Source: Cycas panzhihuaensis (Eukaryota > Plantae > Cycadophyta). From it: 64,000 nt of DNA. Below, in pieces: positions 51,430 through 64,000 of the stretch (its first letter is position 1; each line of letters opens with the position of its first letter). A program made the position numbers and the translations under genes. The stretch is taken from assembly GCA_023213395.1 (NCBI GenBank), contig CM041465.1, positions 44,771,741 to 44,835,740 on the forward strand, read 5' to 3'. The notes under the pieces are model-generated. The model was not told the DNA's origin. It saw only the letters and a program-made list of their open reading frames with translations, and did no database searches.

Positions 51430-54400
51430 TGTTTGAATATAATGCTATCTCTTACATTGTATTAATACTTGTAACTTTATATCAGTCACTATAACTTTGT
51501 GTTAGTCATTGTAACTTCATGTTAAGTTAACTAATATTAAATGTTAATCACTAAGCCTAACCCTATTTAGATTAGTGACTCACTATATAAGTATGTACAA
51601 GTTCTCATTCATTCTCTTCATTTTCTATGTGACTGCATTAGTTCAACATGGTATCAGAGCCAAGTCTGCTATGTAACTAAGTTAATATGCTTTTATAGGG
51701 CTTTTGTACGACTGTACGGTCTTTTATTTTTTGTTTTAGATTCTCGTAGAATTTAACCTATAGGGTCATCTCATCCTCCTCGTCACTTTTCTTTAAAGGC
51801 ATGATCCCAAAATCGGCCTCCTTCCTACTCAAATTAGCCCAAAAAACTATACAGCCGCCAATTTGCATTTTTACTGATTTCTTCTTATATAGAGCATAAT
51901 ACTTGGAAAATCTAGTATTAATGGAAAGGCCTTCAAATCAACTCCCTATTGATATGTGATTCAGGGATCATCTTCTTTTAGTTAAAAAATATGAACAAAA
52001 AAACAAAAACCTAGCCACCCAACTGAGATTTGAAGGGGTTTTCTTCTCACTAATAGCTTCGATCAAGAAATCAAGACCAGATCTGGAAAGAGCACGTTAA
52101 GACTGTTCAATTGAGGTTGATTTTGCTCAATTTGGAGAACTTTGATTTTTTAGCCTTTTCAACAGGTTTGTATGACCATCCATACAACTAACCATATGAG
52201 ATTACCTCTCTCATCTCAAAAACTCTCTCTTCTGAGTCTTATCCATTACAAAGCCATTTTCTACATTATGAGTTTATTATTTATTTTGCTATATGATTAG
52301 TATATGTTAGTGTTACTATATGCCATGACTAGAGAATTGTGCTTGGAACCTACTCATTCCCTGCCTTAGAGACCTTGTTTTGGGGGTCTATAATAATTAT
52401 AGAGGATCTGCCATTTTTTGCTAAGCATGATGGTAGTTTGAAACCAATGGGTGAAGCAAAGGGACGTAGAAGGACCCAATGCCCAGGGCTTAGATAAAAC
52501 TCACCTACAGATTTGAGCCTCCATATACTAAGAGGTATATCAGAGGAACCCATAGGACCCACAAGTGAATCCTAGAATAGGAAGCCCGGACCGACCATCA
52601 AAATCTTGTAGTGCAATGGCTAGTGGTTAGCGCCACGAAACTACCTATCCTGATTCTCACCTAGAGATTTATTGATAGGCCTACAAGTCTAGGTAATCTT
52701 GCATCTATAATTGGTAGAGTAAATTTCTCACTATGACTATTGCTTTTCGGCTTACAGAATTTGAATAATTGACTAGTGATTATTATGAATCTTAGAGAAC
52801 TAAAATGAGATCCATCCTCATTGTTATAGGAGCAGGGGATCAAACTGAAGTTGTCAAATAAGAAGTTGTTGATCTCATAGAAAAAAGAGTCTTCCTAGAA
52901 CAAAGAGGTCTTGCCCTTTCCACCATCACACTGTCAGTCACATATTTAGTTTTACTACATATCTCTAGTGCTACCTCACCTCATGCTGCCTAGACAACAC
53001 TTCAGACCTTATATGCTTAGAAAATATTGCTCGTATCATGTCCCTCAAGAACCAGATGGATACTCTAAAGATGATTGAATTTGAGTGTGTCATATCCTTT
53101 TTGGCTTACTTCAAATATATCTGAGGGAATTTCATCTCTGTTGGCATCACTTACACTGATGGTGAACGTATTGATCTAATGTTCAATAAACTACCTCTTA
53201 GATTCAAGTCATTGATTACCCCATACTTGATGACAACAAACATAACACAACCAACTTTTGATGTATTATGTGGTTGCTTGCTTTATTATGATCTAACTGA
53301 AGCCAACATGGATGGAGACCTTGAGAATGCCTTCTCCACCCAAGTTAGTCTTTGCGAAAGAAGCACCACCAATCGAGGGAACTTCAACTCAAATAGAGGC
53401 TCAAGTAGATCTTTAGATCGAGGAAGATGTTGTCCCACTAGCTTCAGTCCCATCATGGATAGATCTTTCTCCCTTAGAGCACCCATGCAACAATACTCTA
53501 GGGGTAGAAGTCAACAATAGATCATATGTTACTACTGTAGAAAATTCAGTCACTTCCCCATCAATTACCACCACAGGAAAGTGGACATAGAAAGAGGGAT
53601 CATTGCATTTGGCAGATACTTAGGACAATGAGGAGCTGATGAAGTATCCAAACCAAAAGAGAAGGAAGAGGAAACTATGTTAATCATTGCTATGTCATCT
53701 ACACTGGATAACCAAAGCAAGGATGGTTGGTTCATTGACTCTAGAGCATCGTGACATCTAATTCACAATAAATTCTAGTTTAGCCAACTAAAGCCTTTCA
53801 TAGCCCTTGGGTCAGTAGAACTAAAAGATGATGCCATGCATAACATTCAAGGGATAAGATCTGCACTAGTTATCTTGCCTAGTGGAAACTTTGAGAAAGT
53901 TGGACAAGTTTTGTATGTAACTGGGATGATTAAGAATCTTCTCTCACTATCCTAGTTCACTGATAATAAACTTTAAATTCTTTTTGATGGAGACAAATGC
54001 ATAAGCTTGGACAAATACAAAAATAATAAGGTAATTGGTGAAGACCTCAAAATTAAGGAATTGTACAAATTTCTGGGTTCATCAACTCCCTCAGTCTTGA
54101 ATGTATCTTTTTCTCTTGATAATGAAAAACTTTAGCACTTGTGTTATGGGCACCTCTCTTATGATGCTTTGTCAAATTTAAGCAAATATGACATGGTAAA
54201 AGAAATGCCCTAGATAAAATACTTTGCACTGTTTGCGATGCATGTATGATGGGAAAAAACATAGGTTACAATTTAATCTAAGCACAATAAGAGCTAGGCA
54301 CAAGCTTCAAATGATACATAGTGGCCTATGTAGACCCTTCACACTGCCATGTGTTTAAGAAGCTTGATCCTTTCTTACATTTATAGACTATTACTCAAGA

Positions 54401-57103
54401 GAAATATGGATTCACTTTCTCAAGTTAAAATCTGATGTGTTGAGTGTATTTCAAAACTTTAAAGTGAAAGTAAAAAATGAAAGTGCCCGTCATATTAAAT
54501 GCCTAAGGACTAATAATGGAGAAGAATTTACTTCTAATGAGTTCAATAAATTTTGCAAGAGGCATGGAATTCAAAGACAATTGACCACTCCATACATGCC
54601 TCAATCTAATGGAGTGGCCGAGAGAAAGAATAAACTATAACATAGATGATTTAGTCTCTCCTAAAAGAGAAGAAAGTCCCTAACAAATATTGGGCAAAAG
54701 TTGCAAATACTACTATGTATCTTGTTAATAGAAGCCCTTCCAAAGCCCTAAAAAGTTATGACTTTAGAAGAAGTCTGGTCTAGTAACAAGCTCTATGTGT
54801 CACACTTTCAAAATTTTGGGTCTATTGTATGCATGCATATCCTAGTTGAAAAATGAAAGAAATTGGATGACAAGAGTGGGAAATACATTCTGGAAGGCTA
54901 TAGTGAAGTCTCCAAAGCCTATAGATGTCTGGATCCCTCTAACCAACAAAGTATATGTGAGTAGAGATGTCTACTTTAATGAGGCATCATATTCTTCCTA
55001 AGAGAATACCACATTTAATGAGCATATAACTTTTGACCTTCCATTTATGGAAAGGCAACATGGAGAACCTACATCATCCACTCGTGCATAACACTCCACT
55101 TCAAAAAGCTAGAACAAAATATTGAATCGGAGTGATGGTGGAATCACCTTTTCATCTTCAACTTTAGGTAGTTAGGAGAATCAAATCATCAATCTAACAA
55201 AAAAGAATATCAAATTGATACTTCAAAACTATGGAAGATTCTGGAGTCAGAGTTTAGCAACATGCCAGAAGGAAGGACCACAAGAGGTAAAACTTACTCT
55301 GGCTTGACTATAGGAATTGACATCACGCCTCAACAAGCATAAGAGAATCCCTACTGAAAGCTAGCAATGGATGAAGAAATGACCTCCATTATCAAGAACA
55401 GAACTTGGGACTTAGTGACTCCACTATTGGATGAACCCATTGCGGGATGTTGATAGTTCTATAAAATCAAAGAAGAAATAGATGATAGTATCGAAAAATA
55501 TAAAGCTCATCTTGTAGCCAAGGGATTTACTCAAATATGCAAGGAGTTGATTATGATGAAACCTTTGTTCTGGTCAGTAAAATGACAAGTATTAGAATTG
55601 TCGTGGCTCTTATAGCCCAACACGATTGGCCAGTCTATCAAATGGATGTTAAAGGCATATTTCTAAATGGTAACCTACATGAGGAGGTATACATACAAAA
55701 GCCATTAAGATATGTTGAACCAGGAAAAGAACACCTTGTATGTAAACTCAATAAGGCCTTGTATGATTTGAGACATGCACCCATATCTTGGTACTCAAAA
55801 ATTGATACATATCCCAAAAAAGTAGGAATGTTAAGGTGTGAATCTGATCACAACTTCTATGTTCAGATTACTGAAGATAAGTTGATCTCCATTCTAGTAG
55901 TGTATGTGGACGACCTAATAATAATAGGTGATAACTCTGAATAGATCAACTTTCTGTGTCATCAACTGTCCAAAGAATTTGAAGTGACAGATCTAGGTAG
56001 ACTACACTACTATTTAGGATTTGAAATTTGTCATCAAGACAATGGAATTTTTATACACCAATCCAAATATGCTACAAGAATCTTGGACGAATACAACATG
56101 ATAAACTGCAAGTCAACACCTATACCTATATGTACCAGTATAAAGCTAACATTTGACCAAGATTGTATGCTAGTAGATGCAACTCTATATTGAAAAATTG
56201 ATAGGTAATCTAATCTATCTTATATCTACTAGGCCTGATATCATCCATGTTGTGGGTATTGTGTTAAGATTCATGTCATTTCCCAAGGAATCACACTAGA
56301 AAGCTGCCAAACATATACCTTGATACATTCAAGGGACAAAGAACCATATAATCCTATATAGTAAAAAGTCCTATGGACTTTTATCTGGTTATTTTGATTT
56401 TAACTGGGTAGGAGATCTAGATAGTAGAAAATCTACAACTGGATATTACCTTGATCTGGGTAGCGAAGTTATCTCATGGAAAATAAAGAAACAATCAATA
56501 GTCTCATTGTGTATTATAGAGGCTAAGTACTAAGTTGTAGTTCATGCCACTTGTGAAACCCTCTGGCTCAGAAGACTCTTGGAGGAGCTTAATCACCCAC
56601 AATGTGGTCCTAGTCAAATCAACTACAATAATTAAAACACCATCTAGATGATAAAAAATCCTATCATTTACACCAGAACCAAACACATTGAAGTATACCA
56701 TCACTTCATTCGAGAAAAGGTAGATAAAAAGGAAGTGAAACTTGAGTACTACCAAAGTGAAGAGCAACTTGGTGACATATTCACCAAGCCTTTGGTCAAA
56801 GACAAGTTCCTATATTTGTGGGATAAGCTGAAAGTTACAACTAGGAGTTGACATTAAGAGGGGATGTCAGAATATAATGTTATCTCCTATATTGTATTAA
56901 TACTTGTAATATTATATCAATCACTATAACTTTATGTTAGTCATTGTAACTTCATGTTAGGTTAACATTAAATGTTAGTCACTAACTCTAACCGTATTTA
57001 TGTCAGTGACTCATTGTATAAGTATGTACAAGTTTTCATTGTAATGCATAGGATCATTTTCACTAATTCGTTTCATTTTTTGTGTTAGTGTATTAGTTCA
57101 ATA
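51430..57103 (+). mobile_element. Element I: full-length decayed Ty1/copia nested in H
   Basis: LTRs 51430-51648 and 56865-57103; TSD GTTTT; PBS 51649-51660; PPT 56856-56864; host CIFGKQHKDPF rejoins; copia domain order. Confidence 0.94.
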
Positions 57104-60100
57104 GTTTTCCAAATATACAAGGTTCATATAAACAACCTTTACTATTAATCATGGGAAGACCATGTACTATTTTCAATTTATGCATCAATTAAAGACGTGT
57201 AGTTTAAACAACCCATGCATTCATGTTATAACTTCTATTTAGGAGATATAGGTAGTAACAGTCTCTGTACATAAGAGTCTCCTTATAGTTTATACAAGTT
57301 ATTTTTCTGAAAACCCTTGGTTATAACATTATTTTGTTTGTTTGGACCATGCACTATCCTTGAGCAAATGTTACAATTACTTCTTGTTGTTCTTTCTCTC
57401 CAATAGAAATAAGGCTAGCTTTCAAATTTGGTACATATAAAACATTGTCCAGATATTGTAATTCTCTATTTGGCATAATGATTGAAACTTTTTCTACTCC
57501 TATAGCCTCTTAATCAATGTCATCACCAATGGTGACCTCTTGATTTACTTCCCACATTTGAAAGAACTATTCAAGTCTTCTAGTCATGTGTCGTGATGTA
57601 CTAGAGTTAATAAATCAAACATCATATTCATTTGAACCCATTTTGTATGTTGCAGCAACCAATTATTTTGATATCTTAGCATGTGACTTCTTTACTACAT
57701 TTGAAATTTGATCACATTACTTAGGTGGCCGTTGTTGTTATTGTCACTACTGCTACCTTTGCTATTGGGGTTGTTGTTGCTTCTATCGTTATTGATGTTG
57801 TTACTATTGCTATTATTGGGGTGGTTTCTATGATTGTTGTGTACATTGTTGTCATTTTGAACAATCCTTTTTGATGTGTCTTAATTTTTCATAGTTATAA
57901 CATTTCAGCTTATAATGTCCCTTAAGGCTTGTATATTTCCAAACAGTGTAATTTTTGGGATTGGTGAGTTTTTTGTGTGATTGTATTCATTATACCACCA
58001 CTACTAGCCATTTTTAAGTAACAAGCAACAAAAAAAAAAATGGAAATAAGGAAAAACATGCATAAAAATGAATAAAGAAGGCTATAAAAGTCTTCAGTCT
58101 ATGCACACATAGTTGGTATAAGTGGTTTTCTGCCTTGGTCTACTCATAGGTATTTGGAATACCACTGAAAAACTATCAAACTTGCTTTTTCACTAAAACT
58201 TTATACAAAAGTTTAGCATATGATAGCTACCAAATCAAAGATCTCAAAAAATTGATCATTGTGTTATGTTTATTTTTAAAACATAGGCTCCTAACAATTC
58301 AGAAATGGCTCTGGCACCCAAATAACTATGTGATTGGGGGCAAACATGTAAGAGGCTAGCTTATGGACTTCAAATCACTTTATAATTTAACTTAATATGA
58401 CAAAACTTTATAAAACGTTAAATATATCTTAATCAAAGTTTTTTTTTTTAAATATTTTTTGAGAATATTCCTCTAAAGGTGCATGGGCGGTAGATGGACC
58501 CCTTCACAAATTCAATTACATCTCATACAGAAATTCTTTTTTCAAAAAACTTTCTCTACTAGTGTATAATCAAACTGTCAACGGTCATTTTGATAGGTCA
58601 CATTAAGGGGTTTTGTTGCTCCAGGCATCATTGGGCATGTAATGAGGATTCCTCTTCCTCAACTATGCATTTGGCCTCCATTGATTTGTTTGACCTCATT
58701 ACTCTTTGTAATGAGCTTGAAAGTGTCTCAGTTTAGCTCCAAAGTGTTTGCTTGACCTCTGTTTAGGTGTTTGGCTACTCTATGACATCTTTTTAGTCAA
58801 TTTGTTTAGCCTCTTTCCATCTAGGCATGCTCGTTGTCCCTATGAATGCATTCAATAATGTGCTCTATTTGGCATCTTAGTTGGGTGTTCCTTTGTTTTG
58901 CTTTTAACAACGTCTATGTTCTCTAATTTATTTGACCCCTTCTACATTTATGTGTCTAAGGCGTACTATTTTTCTTTGTGTGACATCTCTCATTTACGTT
59001 GGCAAGTTTATAGCCTTTTTATAGGTTGTCTGTCTTCTCTACATTAGACATTCTTAGCTTCTAGTTTCTGTGCATGATGTTTGCTTCTCTGTTGAGCATC
59101 TTTGTGGGAATCTAGCTCTTTTGTAGTTTATGCATCTTCTTTATATGATCTTAACATCTCTATTCTGTCGTGTGCCCTTCATGGTGTCTTCTTCATTGTG
59201 GACGACTTTGATTTATTTATTTTTCATGTTGGCTTGTGGCTCTTTGCATCTTGCGTCTTGATCTAGTATCTTTTGTATGTTCAACCCTCTACAATATGAA
59301 GTTGTAGGTTGTTGATTATGATATAGGGTCGCCATAGTTGGCATGTTACACATACTAAAAAATTTTTGTGATTTTTTATATAGTTTATCAACTTTAGATT
59401 ATGAAATTGAGAATATTCCTTATGGAATATTCACATTTTAATATAATCCCTTTCAAAGTTGTCAACAATATATCATTTTAATACATTTTGATGATTAATC
59501 ATTTTTCAATAGAAATAATCATAGATTACTCAATAGAGATCATTTTATCATCGATCAATAAGGATTGACAATGAATAATACTTTGTCTAACATTAGGTTT
59601 TTAATAGGGGTTTAATCTTAGCCTATAAACACTTTAATGAGAGGATCTCATATGAGAGATCTTCAACTTCTACTGTCTTCAAAGACTATTTATCCAGTTA
59701 TATATGAATTTTTCCTCTTGTGTGTGAGATATGTTAGCTTGCATGTTTCATCAAGTTTGCAAATTGATGTATGACTTCCTGCATGCACATATTTCTTGTT
59801 GTATGTCTTTTTCAAGCCTATATGTTAAGTGTCTAATTACCTGTAATTTAAATTCTATAACATACATGTTAAAAAATTACCTTAATAACTAAATAACCTA
59901 ATTAAAAAGTAGAATGTGATGCATGTCACACATGTAAATCTTAACCATCAATAAGAGCCAACGTATTAACATCAATTACAACTAATAATATACCATGAAA
60001 CTAGCTCTGATACCAAGATGTTGTAATAAGGTATGTAATGAGAACAACAATTGATAGGATTAACCATTAAAACCTTAGAAATTGATTCTAAAAATTTTAA

Positions 60101-62050
60101 TTTAATTTTTATTCAACAAAGTCTCGCATTATAATTTACTCAATAATCCTTACTTCTCACTCATTCATTTTCATAATTCACCTATATGTACTATATACAA
60201 TAATGAACATAATAATAATCCTAAATAATTTGATAGATATGAGGTGAGAGTTGTAACCCGCATTGATTCATTAATTCACAAACATAAAATAATCTTAAAC
60301 TAATTTAATACAAAAATTAAAGAGGAGGTCTATAACCTAAGGTTATGAACCATAAATAAACATTAATATTTAATAGCCTAGTGCCATTAGGGCATGTAAT
60401 GTTAACTGAGATGACACTCTCACCTCGAAGAGGGTATTACTACTATTGAAAGTTTAATTTGTTATTATTATTTATACTGTTGTTATAATTTCATATTACT
60501 ATTGTAATTTATGATATTATTTTATGGATGAGTTATTTTTGGTTTATGGTGGAAATCTACTGTGATGAATGATTATTGTTGAAAGTTTTATGTTGCAATT
60601 ATTATTATTTCTGTCATACTTGTATGGGCATCAGTACGTTGGTATTAAAGCAAGGTGAACATGAATCTAGGTTTTTATCACATCATAGATTGGAGGAATT
60701 TTATTATTGATTTGTTGTGAAAAATACATTGATGCCTGTTATTTTATACTGATTCATTCATAAATATTCATCAATTCTACTAGCCATTGGACATCACTGA
60801 TGGTTGTTTTTTAGGAGTACACTAAGCATACTCCCTAACCTATGGGGTAGGGTTTTCAGTCAATGCATGGAGATCATCCCTTAAGATATTCATCATACCA
60901 ACACATAGTTTAATAGATCATTTATAGAGTATTCATCAAAATCAGAGATTACAACCCACATACGGATACAGAGTTATATTTAAGTAAGAATATTATGCCA
61001 TGGAGATATATTAGAAGAAAATTATGCCAAACACCTATTTATGTTTGCAGTGTTAGATATGTGGAACACTTTTTAAGCGTTACATAGGTATAGGCATTGC
61101 ACCGGAGCCCCTTTGCTTATGAGGCTACTATCTGTCATTCAATTGAATGATGTAAGAATGAAAGTGTTGACTTTCAATAAAGATAGTTGTAGATAAGTTT
61201 GAAGAGCATTGGTGTTAGCAAAAGGGGTCTGATATGGAATATTATATAAGCTTAACACTAGCATAATGAGTGCTAGTAGTTCCAGTTCAGTTGTTGTAGA
61301 ATGTAACAACAATGTAGATAGTACCCAAGTGTTGTTGATCGGTAAGAATATGTTATGGCATCAAAGATTGCGCCACATTAGAGAAAAAAGCCTCCATGAT
61401 TTACTCTTTAAAGTTATGGTTAAAGATATCTTTGGGATTGATAGCTCCTTTGATTTTGATTTTTATGAGTATTATGTTTATGGTAAATAGAATCATATAA
61501 GTTTTCCTTCTAGTTTTAAGAGAGCAAAGGGGATTTTGCAACTGGTATACAATAATGTTTTGGGGCTCATTGATGTACTCTCTCTAGGTGGATCCAAGTA
61601 TTTTATCTCATTCATTGATGATTTCTTAAGAAAGACAAGATTATACTTTCTCAAGTAGAAATTTAAAGTTTTCAACAAATTCAAAGCCTTGGTAAAAAAT
61701 TAGACTGATGCAAGGATCAAGGTGCTGAGCACTGATAATGGAAGTGAATTTTGATCAAATAAATTTTATCAGTTTTGTAAGTAGTATTGAATAATAAGGC
61801 AGAAGACAACTCCTTATACACCACAACAGAATGGAGTTGCTGAAAGGATGAATAAGACCTTGCTGAAAGATCAAGAAGTATGCTCAGTGCTGCTAGTTTA
61901 GGGAAGAAATTATGGGTTGAGGTTGTGACGACTATAAGCTACCTGATAAACAGATCATTGATGATTACTTTGGTAAATAAAATAACTGAAGAAGTGTGGT
62001 CTAGTAAGAAACTCTCTTGGTCACCTTAGAGTATTTGGTTATGAACCTTT

Positions 62051-64000
62051 TGTCAAATTCAAACTCCACAATAATGAGAGAAAAGAATGTTTTTCATTGT
62101 CCATTATGAGAGGAAACCCTCTTTTTATACATTTGGTTTGTAACTACTATATGATTTAATGTAACAAATCATCTACATTAACTACAATAAGGGTCTAATG
62201 ACATTACCCCTTTTATCTTAATGATTCGATGCTAAGAGTTCTAAGATAAAACATTATCCTTTAACATCCTCTCTTAATGTTTTATCATTTTTAGTCCAAA
62301 AATCTCTCCGAGTAATTGAAACTTATCTCTACTAAGAGATTTTATCAAAATATTTGCCACTTAGTTTGTTGTGGGACAATATACTAGATCAATCTCTTTA
62401 TTCTGCAGTTTTTCCTGAATAAAGTAATGGTTCACTTCTATGTGTTTTGTTTGTGCATGCAGAATGGGATTTTTGGTCAGCTTTATTGTACTCTGATTAT
62501 CACATAGTAAGGTAGTTGGTCCTTTTTCTAGTTGATTCATGTCTATTAGTAGTTGTCTGAGCCAGAGTGCATTAATTGTTGATTTGTACTCTGCTTCAAT
62601 TGATGAGAGTGCAATGGTTGGCTATTTTTTATTGTACTAGGAAATGACAGATAAGCCCAAGAAGAAGCAATATCCACTAGTAGATCTTTTGTCTTCTTTG
62701 TCTCCAGCCTAGTCAGAGTCGCAATATCTAAGTAGTTGTATTAATTTTTCTTTGGTGAATACCAGTTTCAGATCTACAATTTCTTTCAAGTATTGAAGTA
62801 TCCTTTTGGTTGCTTTCCAATGTCTTATCCTTGGTTTCTACATGTATCTGGATACCAATCCTACTAAGTATAAAATATCAGGCCTTGTGGCAGTTAAATA
62901 GATTAGGCTTCCAATGAACTACCTGTAGAGAGTGCTGTTGACAGTAGATTTGCCTCATTTGGGACTAAGCTGCAATTTACATCCATAGGAGTTGCATAAC
63001 CATTGCAATTCTCAATTTAAAATTTAATAAGCAAATCTTTGATGTATTTGCTTTGTGATAATGTGATTGAGCTTTCATTTTGTTCAACTTCTATTCCTAG
63101 ATAATAACTTAACCCAAATCTATCATTTTGAAATCCTTTTCTAACTGGCTTTTTATATCTAAGATGGATGTGGTGTCATCTTCTGTGAGTATCATATCAT
63201 CAACATAATTAACAATGATTGATATTTTTCTAGCATTTCTTTTTACATAAAGACTCGAATCTGAACTGCACCTATGAAAGCCATTTTGAGACAAGTGTTT
63301 ATCTAGCTTAGCATACCAGTCTCTAGGAGCTTGTTTTAACCCATACATAGCCTTCTTCAGTTTACATATTAGATGTTCTTGTCCCTGCCTGACATAGCCT
63401 TTTGGTTGTTGCATATAAACTTCTTCCTCTAGGTCCCTATTTAAGAAGGCACTTTTGACATCCAATTGGTAAATCTTCCAATTGTTTTGTGCTATTATTG
63501 CAATTACTATTCGCACAATATTTAGCTTGGCCATAGGGGAGAAGGCTTCATTAAAATTAATTCTTGCTGTTTGTGTATCATCTTGCTATAAGTCTTGCTT
63601 TAAAATTTTCTACTTTGCCATCAACTCCTTCTTTTACTTTATACACCTATTTGTAGTTGATGACCGATTTATGCACAGGTAGGCCCACTAGATCCCAAGT
63701 TTGATTTTTAGCAATGGCATCTATTTTTGCATCCATTGATGACCTCCACTCAGTTTTTTCCTTTACTTCTTCAAATGATTGAGGTTCTATTCTACTGAGA
63801 AAAGCTTGATGATGTTGACTCCTAGTTCTGTGTGTAAATATATCTCCCTTCCCATCTTCTATTATTTTGATGTATCATTTTGTTATTTTCTTCCCCCTTT
63901 TTAGTGCTTCAACAAGTGTCTCTTCTGATGATTGTTCTTCTTCAATGAAAGGAGTAGACTCTGATTCTTCTAAATTAGTTTTTGTTGTTATTCCAGATTC
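62051..64000 (-). mobile_element. Element K: 3' part of copia (3' LTR 62051-62266, RNase H, RT), continues beyond window
   Basis: PPT rc 62267-62275; QLDVKSAFLN, NYVDDMIL; resembles D family. Confidence 0.9.

Larger units (their letters stand above)
47888..60375 (-). mobile_element. Element H: old Ty1/copia inserted in the LTR of J
   Basis: LTRs 47888-48245 and 60019-60375 (~80%); TSD GCCTA; PBS rc 60004-60015; PPT rc 48246-48254; RH/RT/INT 48270-51429, PR and Q-rich gag 57109-57960. Confidence 0.92.
47677..62050 (+). mobile_element. Element J: 5' LTR split by H (47677-47887 plus 60381-~60638), PBS 60640-60651, followed by decayed copia pre-integrase/integrase (61140-62050); interrupted by K
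   Basis: TGTTACA start at the break in G gag; TATAAAT 47815; TGGTATTAAAGC; MLWHQRLRHI, FIDDFLRKT, PQQNGVAERMNKTL. Linkage of LTR and coding part is inferred. Confidence 0.62.

Overview
AT-rich land-plant nuclear DNA, about 85% LTR-retrotransposon derived. The TE-filled intron and old, deeply nested elements suggest a large genome, probably a gymnosperm (inference). One host gene is visible: the last five coding exons (3606-5026, +) of a RhoGAP-domain gene resembling Arabidopsis At5g61530; its upstream exons lie outside the window beyond an intron of more than 3.6 kb containing copia remnants. The rest is mostly two nests resolved by paired LTRs, PBS, PPT and 5-bp target-site duplications (TSDs). 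Nest 1: chromovirus gypsy A (7235-32556) contains copia B (11108-30871), which contains gypsy C (13387-20110) and copia D (24437-29899). Nest 2: gypsy G contains a TRIM-like element and element J; J contains copia H (47888-60375, itself holding a solo LTR and copia I) and copia K. Between the nests lie a non-autonomous LTR element E (32939-37059) and a truncated copia F. All gag-pol regions are pseudogenised. The most notable unexplained signal is a covarying stem-loop in seven copia elements whose loop (17-18 nt in five of them) holds the PPT and LTR terminus. Also notable are a CTCGAAGAGGG motif at near-fixed distance from the TATA box in divergent LTRs, and a probable template-switch palindrome in D gag. 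Identities are hand estimates.
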